In this document: positions 1 to 12,644 of the stretch, piece after piece
Numbering within the stretch: the first letter of the stretch is position 1
How the letters are laid out: each line of letters starts with the position of its first letter
Assembly (NCBI GenBank): GCA_016618085.1
Contig: JABLTG010000183.1
Span: forward strand, 1-35,934
Reading direction: 5' to 3'
DNA length: 35,934 nt
Source of the DNA: Neovahlkampfia damariscottae
Taxonomy: Eukaryota
Translations under genes and position numbers: made by a program
Notes under the pieces: model-generated
The model's input: the letters and a program-made list of their open reading frames with translations, nothing else
Told to the model about the DNA's origin: nothing
Databases searched by the model: none

Positions 1-195
1 GTGGAAAATTACCATCTGAACATTTCATTTCTTCAAAGATTTCTGGTTCTATTAATATACAATTTTGTTGTTCCTCTTTTTCTTTGGAATCTGTGAGATC
101 TACCACATCAGATTTGTCCTCTCCAGTTAATATTAAAATTTATCCGAACAAACAAATGAAATGATTGGTAGGATAATATAATGACTACGTTTTAT

Positions 196-892
196 TTATT
201 CTGTTTTCTTCTTTTCTTTTGTCAAAATAACAAATGTTATCAATAAAATACCTGAAATTAAAGCTAAATTTGTTCCAACTCGGACCATAAACAAATGATT
301 CAAATTTCCAACTGGAATTTCTGCTGAAATATCATCCATATAGATTGTTTTAGTTTTCCAAGTATCTTTTTTTATTTGTTTTTCAAAAGTAATTTTGTGC
401 TTTTCAATTCCACATGTTAAATAAACAAGACTAAAAAATCAGTTTTACACATTTTCTATACCTCGGTTTCTTTATCATGACTTTTCTAAATTTTTTATTT
501 AATGAAGGCTTTTGATATCTGAAGTGTATTGGTAAAACAACTGAAGGTGTTTTTGTTTTTAAATTCATCGTCAACAAAATTTGTTTTGTTTCACATTTCC
601 AAGATGGTTTTTCAATATCATTTTTGCCATTCAGGTAATGAATTTCTGGTAAATCTGTAGAAAATCTTCTTAAATTTTCATATTCATCATCTGAAATGTA
701 CCAAGTAGGAGATATTTCCTGTAAAACGTTTAACTCACAATTTTTTTTTGGAAATGTCTTGAATATTAATGTTGTGTTTAAAACTCTATGAAAACCAGTT
801 TTCAAAATTTCTCGTTCCAAATTTACATGAATAGTTGAAGTGTAGGCATTCACTGCAACAACAATCAAGAACAAAAAAGAAATTGGTTTCAT
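196..892 (-). CDS. PIGX: PIG-X/PBN1-family GPI mannosyltransferase I subunit; 2 exons (intron 431-461)
   Basis: Signal peptide from ATG 892; motifs GFHR, DIEKP and LPIHFRY. Removing the 31-nt GT-AG intron gives IPVGN, a C-terminal TM helix and a dilysine tail KKTE*. Confidence 0.8.
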
Positions 893-984
893 TGGTTGGA
901 AAATAAAAATGTCCTGTTGCTCCACAAGTAGCCATCAAAATTTCGTCTGTGAAAACACCGTATTGTTTTGATGAATAAAGACAT

Positions 985-1290
985 TTATCTTCCTAATTCA
1001 GTATGAATAGTTCCTGGATGTAGTGAAAAAACAGAAATTTGAATTTTCAAATTTTGGAGTTTTCTATTGAGTTGTTTGGAAAATAAGATATTTGACAACT
1101 TAGGTTGTGCATAACTTCCACAAGCATCATGATTTCTCCCAATGCAAATCTTCGTAATTAATTTTTTTAGTTCCAAAAGTATTAGCAAAAGATTGTTCTT
1201 CCCCAAATTTGTTAAACTTTATTGATGAAAGCTCCGATTGGTCCAAATAAACTATTTTAGAATCATTGTGTATTCCTGATATTTTCTGAG
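985..1290 (-). pseudogene. Degraded short-chain dehydrogenase (retinol dehydrogenase-like) fragment
   Basis: Remnants LDQSELSSIK and YAQPKLSNILFSKQLNRKL...SLHPGTIHTELGR lie in different frames. There is no Rossmann TGxxxGxG, the middle is missing, YxxSK has become YAQPK, and the frame stops early. Confidence 0.7.
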
Positions 1291-1377
1291 AAAAACTCTT
1301 TTGACAATTTTTAAAAAGTTCAACTTCAAAATTCAATATCATTGGTTAACGAAATTTTCATCAACTTGAACGTGGCA

Positions 1378-2801
1378 ATGGAACAAAACAACCAGTACAC
1401 AAACAATCCATATATTGGTGGAAATAATGAACAACTTTACCCTACACTACCAACACAACAAGAACCTACAGAAAATGTCCCTGTTTATGGACAGTATACA
1501 CCAAACAATCAATTTCAACCAAAATTCAATGAAGGATATGGGCAATATAATCAAAAAGGTGGAAATGAATACTCTGGTTCTTTTGAACAACCACAACAAC
1601 AATATAATCAAGGATATGGAAATCAACAACAGTTCAACCAAGGATATGGTGAACAACCAAACGCACCTGTAATCATAAATCCATACCAGTAATTTCTTTT
1701 TTTTTTTATTTACAAAATTTCAAAAGACAAACAAATGAAAATTTAGTTAAAAGTTTAATAAGAAACGGTTCAATTTCTATGGCTTATGATGAATTTAGAA
1801 AACACTCAGTAATAGTATTCACAGTAAATGGAAATGTTTATCATTATTATGCAAGAGATGGTTCTTGGGTTGCTGAACAATTTCCAATAAAATGTACAGG
1901 TGATATATCAACAGTGTATGAGAAACAAAGACAAAGTATTGCTTTTTTTTGTAAAGGAGAAGATGGATATTTGAAATATGTCTATTTGAAATGTGACTCT
2001 GGACTTATTTACTCAACTTATCATTGGTCAGTTTCTGATTGTTTCAAAGCAGCTGGAAAAGTTGCAGGTAGAGTTTGTGCTGTTTATGAACCTAATAGAA
2101 ATCACTCTGCTTGTTTCTTTGTTGGTGAAGACAAAAGAGTTCATTATTTTTACGTTGTTAATGGAACTTGGCAATATCAAGCTTTTGGTTCAGATGTACC
2201 ATGTACAGGAGATCTTGCTGCTTGTTATGATATCTCAAAGAAAAGTTCAACTTTTGCATATGAAAGTTATGGAAAACTTCAACTTTATTATTATGAAAAA
2301 AACTCATGGTCACGTCTTGGAAGTGATTTATTTTCACATCCTGTTACAGGTTGTATTTCAATCGTTTTTGAAAAATATAGATACTCTACGAGTGTATTTT
2401 ATAGTACAAAAGATTCAAAATTAGTTTACTATTTTGTTGATTCTGGAAAATGGAATTTGAAACAAAATTTTGATGAACCTGTTCTTGGAGATATCAAAGC
2501 TATTTGGAATTCTGATACACAACATGTTGAAGTTGTTTATTTATCAAAAGGTGGAATTCAACAATATTATGGTGTCTATTCAATGATTTCAGGATATTAT
2601 TGGCAAAAATCACTTCATCCTTTTGATTGTTGTTCAAATCTTGATGCTGTATTTCAACCAAATAGAAAACATATCGAATTCTTTTTTATTTCACCTGATT
2701 CAAAAAGAAATTATGTTTATTTCAATGGAAGTAAATTTCAACTCACTACAAATGAAAAAGCTTTAAGTTGGGATAAACCTCACATGGTGGAATTAAAATA
2801 A
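1378..2801 (+). CDS. Q/N/Y/G/P-rich N-terminus fused to a repeat beta-propeller (fucose-lectin/PLL-like); intron 1689-1726
   Basis: The 38-nt GT-AAG intron joins ORFs 1342-1692 and 1779-2801 in frame. About 7 repeats of roughly 47 aa each carry hydrophobic strands and a YY...W motif. Confidence 0.7.
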
Positions 2802-2890
2802 ATAAGTTTTTTTTATGTCTCCAATTCTTTTTGATCAACATTCAAAACTCCAAGTTTGAACCAATCCAATAATTGTCCAATTAAAAGCTA

Positions 2891-4823
2891 ATGTGCTTCC
2901 AAGAAGAGTTATTGGAAAGAAAACTTTACAGCGGAACAAAACCACAATCAGCTGAATCAATGATTAAATATTCATCCAAATGTGATTCTTTACAAAAAGA
3001 ACCAGATAAAACTCAAAACTTAGAAAAAACAAAACCAACTTGTTCCATTCACTTGAAGCCAGATTTAGAGTTAAAAAATGAAGAAAAAAAACATGTTTCA
3101 CAAAGTTTTAAAGAAATACTTCAACAAAAAGCAGATTTTGATTTATTCAAATTCTTTGCAAAAGAAAGTCTCCATACTTATAAAAATTACATTGAATGCT
3201 TTGAACAACTCATTAGATATAAAGAATCAAAATGTCCTACTTTAAAGAAAACCTTATCAAAATTCATTTTGAAGAAATATCTCAACATCAAGAAATCAAA
3301 TACTTGTGTTGTTTTCAATTCCAACATTAGAGCTAAAATCATGAATCAATCAAACAAAACAATAATTGAATGCTCAATGAACATGTTATTCAAATATTTA
3401 AAAGATATTTTAACAGAAGAAATTTATCCGAGATTTTTGAATTCTTCCATTTGGTGGAATTATAATTCAATCTCTTCAAATTTAATTACACACAAGAACT
3501 TTTCAGGTGTTTATCATATTGAAAATGTAAGAAACAAGTATATTGGAAAACCTCACAAATGTTTGATTGAAATCAATGAAATCAAAAATAAAATCACTTT
3601 TGAAAAATTTCTCTCCAAAAGAATCACAAAAATAGATACAAAAGAGACATGTTTAAGTGCTGGTGGTATTAGACATCCATGTGATGGATTGATTTTTCCA
3701 ATTGAAATTTTTAAAGAAAAAGTCAAAAATTTCACAATTATTACTTATGTGACAAATGGTTCAGTATCAAATTTGGATAGTTTTATCAAAGAAAGAAATA
3801 GTAAATACCTCAATTCATCAGTAATTCTTTGAAAAAAAAAATTAAAACATTAATCAACAGGAACTCATGGAAATTATGTTGAAAATTTTGAAAATTGTGC
3901 AATTCTATCATGAAAAGAACATCTGTTTTGATTTGAATGAATTAAGAGAAGACAATATTTATTACAATCAACCTGATGGTGAAATTACAATTGACCAAGG
4001 ATATTACAATGATTCTTATGAAAACGTATTCAACTATTGGGTTGCACCTGAGCAACAAAAATCTGGGAAAAATGATAGTTTTGCACTTGGAATGATCTTT
4101 TTTCATTTGATTACTTTGCTTTCAATAGAAACGATTAATAATATTTTTCAAACAACAGAAGATACTTCTTTTCTCAATAAATCCTTTAAAAGTTTGATGG
4201 ATAAACTAGGCTTGAACTATCTTTATCCAGCTATTTTAAAGACTGAAATGCTCAAAACAAAAGTACGTACCAACTTTCTTTTAACTGATTTTAAGAAATC
4301 AATTGACAATTCATTATTTGATGTTGTATTGAAAATGACTGATCCAAATCCATCAAATCGAGTATCAATCGATTTTGTCATCAAAAAGATAGAAAAATTG
4401 CAATCAAGATTTAATTATAAACCTACCAATGAAAATGAATCAAAATTTAGAAGTTTTTTACAAGTATCTCCAAATCGGGAATATTTCAAAGAATTCCTTA
4501 GACATGAATGTTCTATTGAGAATATTCTCTTTTATGAAGATGTTCAAATTTTCAAATCAATACAAAATTCGAAAACGAAATTATCAAAAGCAAGAGAAAT
4601 GTTCAAAACATATTTGAACTCTGATTCAAATTTAGAAATCAATATTAATGGAAAAATTAAAAAGAAATTCATCAATGATTATGCTCAATCAACAATGAAT
4701 CAATTCATTTCAAATGAAATATTTGATGATATTCTTTCTCAAGTGATCAATGTTGCTTTTGTGGATTCATTTCCTCGATTTGAAAGAAGTTCAATTTTCC
4801 AAGATTGGAAAAATAAAAGTTGA
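2891..4823 (+). CDS. RGS - pseudokinase - RGS protein; intron 3821-3860
   Basis: N-terminal RGS-like (LFKFFAKE...EIYPRFLNS), kinase remnants (WVAPE, DSFALG, DPNPSNR), C-terminal RGS (FKEFLRHECSIENILFY, EINI, DSFPRF). The phase-0 40-nt intron joins the two ORFs. Confidence 0.8.
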
Positions 4824-4950
4824 TTTTATCCATTTTTGATGCTGAATTCCCACTTTAATAATCGCCCAATCATATCAATTTAAGCTATCAAATAGACCAA
4901 TCAAACATTTAAGAATCGAGGATTAAAAAACACAAAATTGGTTGAATATT

Positions 4951-7900
4951 TTATTCATCAATGTTTACAATGTTCATAAAAACATCTTCCAAAGTTGTAT
5001 CTGAAACAGCCCATTCATCAATTCCATTTTCTTTTTTATGATCTTCAATTTCATGAATTAAATCAATAATTTTCATATCTGATTTATCAATACTAAAAAT
5101 TAAATTTCCACCAAATGATCTTCCAATTTTTGAACTTGGTAAAATTGAAATAATATAATCTTTAACTGAATTAACTTTTGTTTTTTCACAATTTATCATT
5201 AAATGATATTTATTTCCAAATTTATTTTTTAAATGAATTGGAGATCCAATACATTGTAATTTACCTTTTGACATAATACCAATTCTATCACATAAAACAT
5301 CTGCTTCTTCTAATGAATGTGTTGATAAAAGAACACATTTTTGTTTTTTTAAATCAGAAATTAATTTCCACATTTCACGTTTTGTATAAGGATCTAATCC
5401 TGATGTTGGTTCATCAAGAATAACACTTTTTGGATTTCCAATTAATGAAATTGCTAATGATAATCTTTGTTGCATTCCACCTGATAATTTAGTTGCAATT
5501 GAATTTGATCCACTTAATGAATCTAATTTAACAAATTTTAAAATATTCATTGCATTTTTCATTTCAAATTTTTTTGGAATTCCTTTTAATCTACTATAAA
5601 ATAATAAATGTCCTAAAACTGATAAATCTTTAAATAAAATTGGTAATTGTGGTGAATATCCTAAATTTTGTTGAATTTTAGAAATTTGAGTATTTGAATT
5701 ATATCCATTAATAATTAAATCACCTGATGTTTGATCTTCAAGTCCACACATAATTTTCATTGTTGTTGTTTCTAAAAATAGAATATTAGAAAATGAAAAA
5801 AATAGATTACTTCCTGCTCCATTTGGTCCAAGTAATCCTAATGTTTCTCCTTGACTCCATTGAAGACTTAAATTAGTTACAACACTTTTTTTAAAAAAAA
5901 TATTAAAAAATAAATTTCAAACAATTCTTTGTATTTCTTTGATACATTTCTTAATAAAATATTTTCTGATGTTCCTGTAGTTTCAAATGAAATTTCTCTT
6001 TCTTTTTTAACATCTTCATCTTCATTTTCATCCTATTTAAAATATTAAATCAATATTAAAAATTAACAATTGGTAAATGATCAATTTTAAATAATTTTTT
6101 AATTAATCTCGAAATTGGTGAAAAAATATAAACATTTAAACTTGAATTCTTTCCAGAATAAAATCTATCAATTAAACTATATAAATCATTAGTATATAGA
6201 TACAAAAAATTACAATCCAAGAATTGCATAAAAGAAAATATCAAAAATTAAACTAAGATATCCAATAGTTAAATCTGATCCAGAAAACATATCAAAAAAT
6301 TCAGGACATTTTTTACCTAAACATTTGAATATAATTCCTTTGTTTAATGCATCTTGAAAATGATATGTTGGAAATCCAACTCGATCATAAATAGTCCATA
6401 AAATAGATGCTCCAAAAGTATCAATTTGAACACCCAATGAAAGATTAATAAAAAAGTGAGGAACAATAAATAAAAATGAACCACCAAGAATCATATAAGC
6501 AACAACTATATTGTCAAAAATTGAATAAAAATGATTTACCAATAGAAACAACAGGACTTGAAATTAATGATGAAAAGAAAATAGACATTGAGTTGATAGA
6601 TAATCCCCAAAGTATAAATAAAACAATCCAAGTAAAAGGACTTTAGAATGTAAAAATAAATTTAAAGTTCTTACTTTGATTTTAAAATGAAATCTAATTG
6701 AAATATTAAACCAATTATCAATGCAATAATAACCACTGAAATATAAAGAAATGAATTCATGATAAACCAAAATGACCAATAAATTGACATTTTCATTCCC
6801 ATCTAAATGTTTAATAATATGTTAACCTTACCACTTGCATCATTTCATAAGTTCCTTCTTGTCTTTCATATGAAATATTGAAAATAATCAAAGGAAATGG
6901 TAACATTAATGTTAATGCAAATAAGAAAATTCCAGATTCAAATATGTTATCCAATTCACCAAGACCTGTTGGAGTAATTGTTGGAATAAATCTTGATGGA
7001 TAATTTTGAATTTTTGCATTCACTTTCAATTGATTATTTGAAATTTCTGAAAAATAATGATGAGTTACTAAATTCATATATGTTGAAACTGTTAACACAT
7101 TACAATCCATGAAGAATCTTTGATTAAAATGTCCAGTGAAATAACAAACATTTCCTGAGATAAAAGGAGAATGAGGATATTGAATCATGTAATTTAAATG
7201 ATTTTCACTTTTAGATTTCAAATGAATTGCTGCGATGCTAGTTTCAGAGTTGAATGATCTATCTGACATGTATGCGATATCAAAATCATTTGGAGTATCA
7301 AATCTAACAGAATATGGCCAGTAAGCATACTCTCTAGTTGCATTGATAGAAAAACTTCCTCTTTTTCTATAGTGTTGAGGAAAACCAATAAAAATTCCTG
7401 AATTTTGGGTTTTGTTGTTTTTCGTTAAATTTCCAACAAATTCTGGAAATCCGGATGTTGGAATGAATAATCTATTGGATACATGTTCTTGTTGATGATT
7501 GAATTCATAAGGTATATCTAAATGATAATTTGGATTTGGTACAGGAGCTGCAGGTGGCGAGAAATTGTACATTTGACTTGATACGTAAAATCCTAATGCC
7601 AATCCAATTAAAATAGTTAAAAATGGAGCAATGAATTGACTATGCATTTTTTTAGAAATTTAAGATAAATACCATGCAAAGAAACAAATTCTTCTTTTTG
7701 ATGTTTCACCAGATTTAAAGAGTAAAGCTTTCAATTGACTTAAATACAATAGAATGATACTATTGGTTTTTGGAATTGATTGTTGATCAAATGTGTCATC
7801 ATTTTCATCATCCAATACTTTAAATTCATCATGGTTGTTAATCATTTGTTGTTGAATGATATAATCTTCTTTTTTATTTGATTCTTCAGTGATTGAAATA

Positions 7901-10600
7901 AAAACATCTTGTAAGGCTAAAAAAAAATGAATTTAGAATCATCAAAACTTACAAGTTAAAGACATTGAATAATCTTTGATAATTCCTGACTTTTCTTCAG
8001 TTTCTAATTCATTTTCTAAAGTTGATAAAAATGGTGTTAATTGTTTTAATGAATAATTTCCAGATGGAATCTTCAAAATGATATTTCCACTTTTATTTTC
8101 ATCAGAAATAGTATGTTCCAATTCATGTTGTTGAATGAATCCTGTAACATCTTGTTGATGTTTTGGATCGAAAACAATAGAAACTGTATATCCTCCTCCA
8201 TATTTTGTTTTTAATTCTAATGGATTTCCTGAGCATTTTACTTCTCCATTTCCCATAATAATCTGTTGATTAGTTATCATAAAAATTAATTACAATTTTA
8301 TCTGCTAATGCATCTGCTTCTTCCATGGAATGTGTTGTTAAAATAACAAGTTTATCTTTTTTTAAATCTTCAATCATTTGCCAAACTTGTCTTTTAGATT
8401 GTGGATCAAGTCCAGTTGTTGGTTCATCCAAGAAAACAATTTCAGGATCTCCAATTAAACTCATTCCTAAACATAATCTTCTTTTCATTCCACCACTCAA
8501 TGAACTTGAATATTTATTTCTTGAATCTTCTAAATGAATTTGTTTTAAAATAGATTCAATTTTAGAATTCATTTCATTCCAAGGTACATTTTTAAAATAA
8601 CAAAAAAGTCTTAAATGTTCATAAACTGTTAAATTATCCCCTTTTTATCAAGTTAACAAAAATTAATCTTACAAAGAATATTGCTTTGAGAGCAAAGTCC
8701 AATGAAATTTTTGATATCTTCCATATTTTCTCTAATTGAATATCCAAAGACAGATGCATCTCCAAAACTTGGACTTATTCTACCTGTTAAAATACCAATC
8801 AAAGTTGTTTTTCCAGCACCATTATGACCAAGTAATGAAATACAACTTCCTTTTTCTCCTGTTAAATTAACTCCTCTAACAGCACGAACAGATTGTTTGA
8901 ATAATGAATTGAATGTTTTTTCAATCCCAAAAACCCTCAATGTATTGTTTTCATCAGCATCATAAGTGCTTTGACTTTCTCTCAAAGTGTCATCAGAAAC
9001 AGTGAGCGACTGACCTTGTTGATCAAACACTTTTGGTGTGATTCTCTTTTTTGAACCAAACCAATAAGAAGGTGTCAAAAAGAATTGAAAAGGTCTTCCA
9101 ACACCATTATCTGATGTCAAAACAGAATCAAAGTACCAAATAAATAATGTCATGAGAATCATTTGGCAAACTAAAAATACCAAAGGAGTCCATGAGTACA
9201 ATGTGATACTAATTTCTGGGAAGCCATAAATTGGAATCGAAGGTGGTAATTCTTCTCCAAATTTCTCTAATCCATAAAAACCTATTAAGAAGTTATTGAA
9301 GTTCATATTCGACTCTTACGAATTTCTTTGACATTTGGATTCAAAATTGATGCAAATTGATAAATTTGAATCTCAGATATTAGTTTTCCAATGTTGTATG
9401 AAGGTGATAATAAAAATAATGGTTCAAAAATCAAAATTCTTGGAATAAATCCAATATAAAATCCAAGCAGAGATACAAAATTCCATAAAACAGCAAGAAT
9501 GATTGATAATTTCAAGTTTTGAATTAAAATACTTGTTAAAATGCTTGATAATAAACAAAACAAAATAACAATTGAAAAAATTAGTAAAACGATTACTGGA
9601 TGTGTGTATCTAAAAAAATGAACATCAGCAATCAAACCAATAACATAAGTGATCAAAAATGAAATTAAATTAATGGCATATTGAAATGATAAACTGGAAA
9701 ACCAATATGAAAATGTTTTCATTCCCATAAGATTGGAAGCAAATCTTAATAAATTTTCTTTTTCATATTGAATTCTGTATAAATAAAGAATCCAATTGAT
9801 TGAAATGAATAAAACAAACATAAAACTTCCTCCAGCAATATTAATAATAGCTGTTTGAATGGTACGAATTTGTTGAGGTGGTGGTCTGTTTTAAAGTTAA
9901 AAAAAAATTTCACATACAAGTATGCTGCACTTCTGCTTGGAAAACTTTTTTTGGACATTTTAATATCAATATTTTTGTTCAAAAAATGTTGAGCAATCGC
10001 TGAATCGATTGAATTTTGTAAAGCAGTTGCTGGGTTAAAATCTTCTCCTGATGTAAAAGCGGAAGGTGTAGGTTTTTGATAATAAATTTTATAATCAACA
10101 ATTTTAACACCATTGTTTTCTTTGATTGAAAAATGAACAGCTTTTGAAAAATTAAAAAATTTTTTGTGTTAAACCTGCTGAAGAATCTGTGTTGTTGAGT
10201 AAATGGCTGAATAATAATTTTTCATTTTGAAAACTTCTATAATCATCCTCAGAAAGTCCATTTCTTTGTAAAACTAATTTCATCAATTTATCAACATCCT
10301 CATTTCCTACTGGAGAATATGCTATTGTTTTACAATCAAATGTATCACATCGGTTGATTTTTGGTGACATAATTTCAGGTGGTATTGTGGGTGGCTGTAA
10401 TATTGGAAGGTCCACAAGTGTGAATAACGATAAAACCAAAAACATGAGCGGAAAAAGCAATAACATGAAAGCTGTTGTGATATATTTCCTGTACTATTTA
10501 TTGGTGAATATTTGAAGGTACTTACTGATAATATGAACTCTTTTTGATAAAGGGCCAAAGTTTGACGAAAAAATTTCATCACCTCGTTCACCAACTTCAT
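4951..10600 (-). CDS. Full-length ABCA-subfamily transporter (TMD-NBD-TMD-NBD), 16 exons
   Basis: Two NBDs (GHNGAGKTT/LSGGMKRRL/LDEPTTGLDP and GPNGAGKTT/LSGGMQQRL/LDEPTSGLDP). The frame is restored by 15 GT-AG introns: 10494-10525, 10141-10174, 9886-9917, 9282-9319, 8641-8672, 8263-8293, 7917-7952, 7640-7672, 6803-6831, 6641-6674, 6506-6539, 6177-6213, 6033-6067, 5885-5922, 5772-5810. Confidence 0.93.
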
Positions 10601-10734
10601 GTTGGAATCTATTACAGAAAATGATTGGTCTAGAATATTAGAAGGATTTATCAACTTGAATATTTTTTTTGGAAGGTCTAAAGACGATGATTAGAACATG
10701 ATTGGAAATCATAATCAAATCTGATTTATTGGAA

Positions 10735-11622
10735 TCAAAGATTTTTTGGGATGATTTTTTGTGTCCAGAATTTATCTCTTGAAGCAATGTGTTCTGGTCT
10801 TTGGAGGTCAGTTTGATGTAATCTATTTTCGACACTATTGAAAACAATGAAGAGATTTCTTCGTCCAAAAGGAGAGATATTTGAATGTGATCCATGTAAG
10901 AGGTTGCAATCAAAGAAAAGAACATCACCTGGTTCTCCAGTGCAATATTCAATTCCAAATTCATTAGCGAATTTATCAATGGATTCTTGACTAGGTATTC
11001 CATAATTTTGTTGTCTTAAGGAAATTTCCCAATGTTTCTTTGGCGTTTCTCCAACACAAGAAATGAAGGAATTGTGTGATTTTGGAATCACCATTAAGGC
11101 TCCATTGTAATGTTTATTTGGTTCCAGCATAATTACAGCTGAAATAGCTCTCATTTCAGGCATTCCATCTTCAACATGCCAAGTTTCAAAGTCTGAGTGC
11201 CAGTAAAAACCTGAACCTTTGAAAGGTCTTTGAAAGTTGATTCTGCTTTGATGAATGTAAACATCTGAGTCTAAAACTTTTGTAACGAATTCATTTAGCC
11301 TTTTTTCACATGCAATATCATTGAGAATTCCATCTGTTTTGTGGAAAGAAAAAACAGTTCTGATTACATTGGAATCTTTTTCTGTGGCAATAACTTGATC
11401 TTCTGTAACTTTTGTTTCCTTAGTTAATTCTACTGGCCATCTTGAATTAATTTCTTTGTTGATTTGTTCTACTTCGTCTAAAGAAAAGAGTTTTCTTTTC
11501 ATTAAGAATCCATTTTTTGCAAAGACTTGTGCTTCGTTGTCTGGATTTGAACCCCATAAAACTTCTGTTTTTCTTGGTGTAATTGATGATTCTTCTTCAG
11601 TTCTTGATACGTATTTTCTCAT
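10735..11622 (-). CDS. ectD: Ectoine hydroxylase (Fe(II)/2-oxoglutarate dioxygenase, PhyH fold), intronless
   Basis: Complete EctD signature FYWHSDFETWHVEDGMP, plus VYIHQSRIN, NGALMVIPKSH, FDCNLLHGSHSNISPFGR and FNSVEN. Confidence 0.93.
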   Translation of the reverse strand: MRKYVSRTEEESSITPRKTEVLWGSNPDNEAQVFAKNGFLMKRKLFSLDEVEQINKEINSRWPVELTKETKVTEDQVIATEKDSNVIRTVFSFHKTDGILNDIACEKRLNEFVTKVLDSDVYIHQSRINFQRPFKGSGFYWHSDFETWHVEDGMPEMRAISAVIMLEPNKHYNGALMVIPKSHNSFISCVGETPKKHWEISLRQQNYGIPSQESIDKFANEFGIEYCTGEPGDVLFFDCNLLHGSHSNISPFGRRNLFIVFNSVENRLHQTDLQRPEHIASRDKFWTQKIIPKNL

Positions 11623-11721
11623 CACTTGATTGTTGAGTTGTCTAAAAAGATCTTATCAGTGAATTAAAATGATTGGACGAAGTTCCGTATTGGAATACTC
11701 AAATAAAATCCAGAAAAAATT

Positions 11722-12347
11722 TTATTTGGGTGCTAATGCATACATTACAAGTTGATAAATAATTACAGATCCCATGACAACCCAAATTATCAATGTCAAC
11801 ACAATTGCAATTGCCAAAAAAACACCAAAAATGATTGAAACATCTTTTGGAGGTTTGAAAGGATCGTTTAAAATCACTTTATCCGGATTTGTGCTGTCAT
11901 ACCAACCTAATAAAGTTTTTTAAAAAAAATTCACACTTACAAGTCAACGGGGTTCCAAGGGTGTATCTGGTTGTTAAAGCGTCGTTTGATGGGTTTAATC
12001 TTGCTCCTTGTCCATTATATGCAACATTATAGTAATAGTAAATTGTGTTTCCAAATTGTTCCTGTCTGGCTATTGTTGCCACCACACAATTTGTTGATTT
12101 GTAAGTTTTTGCAACTTCTGAAAATATTCCTGAAATAATAAGAGCTACTGTACTTGGTGCTGTTCCAAAGAAGAAAATGACCATTGTCAAAACCTTTGAA
12201 TTTTAGAACTAAAAAAATTACAATGAGAATGGCCACCAAGGTTCCAATAATTTTTACATTTGTACTTTTTTTGGATTTTCTAGGTGTAAAACTGACTTTT
12301 ACAGTTTCAAATCCTGTGTTGATGCTGAAACCTCTACTTTTTGCCAT
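11722..12347 (-). CDS. Two-TM membrane protein with a Cys-containing loop; introns 12194-12221 and 11907-11940
   Basis: The spliced frame runs MAKSRGF...TM...STNCVVA...TCWYDSTNPDKVIL...TM...APK*. Both introns are GT-AG and restore the frame. Confidence 0.7.
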
Positions 12348-12644
12348 AATGATAATTCGTCCAATGAGAATTATTCCGCACGAACGGAAAAATATAAGTA
12401 TCGTAGTCTGTTTGCAACGCAAGACAAAAAAAGAAAGATAAATGATTTCAGATGATTTTAAGAAATGATGATTAATAGAATAGGATCATCAAGAAATTCA
12501 GAAATCATCAAAATGTTGAATGATTTTGTTCTACATCAAAAAAGTAGTTAAAATTATCAAAGAAATTAAGGACAAGTATTTTATTAACTTAGAATGACAA
12601 GTAGATAATCATCCAAATTCAAGTTTTCTTGGCCAATCACTGAC

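Noticed and set aside
1..170. Open frames on both strands at the window start, with CCAATCA near 163-168
   Set aside because: Truncated, with no recognisable motif, and the strand and start cannot be determined.
4951..10600. Fragmented ORFs suggesting frameshifts or a pseudogenised ABC transporter
   Set aside because: Every break is resolved by a 29-39 nt GT-AG intron.
10638..11003. Alternative-frame and antisense ORFs in the track (also 1993-2424, 13152-13433, 24739-25050, 33855-34142 and others)
   Set aside because: They are shadows of real genes, with no motifs and no promoter/terminator signature of their own.
12440..12520. ATGATGA (C-box-like) and imperfect GATGATTT/AAATCATC inverted repeat
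   Set aside because: No properly placed D box or rRNA guide is visible, and short AT-rich stems are expected by chance.
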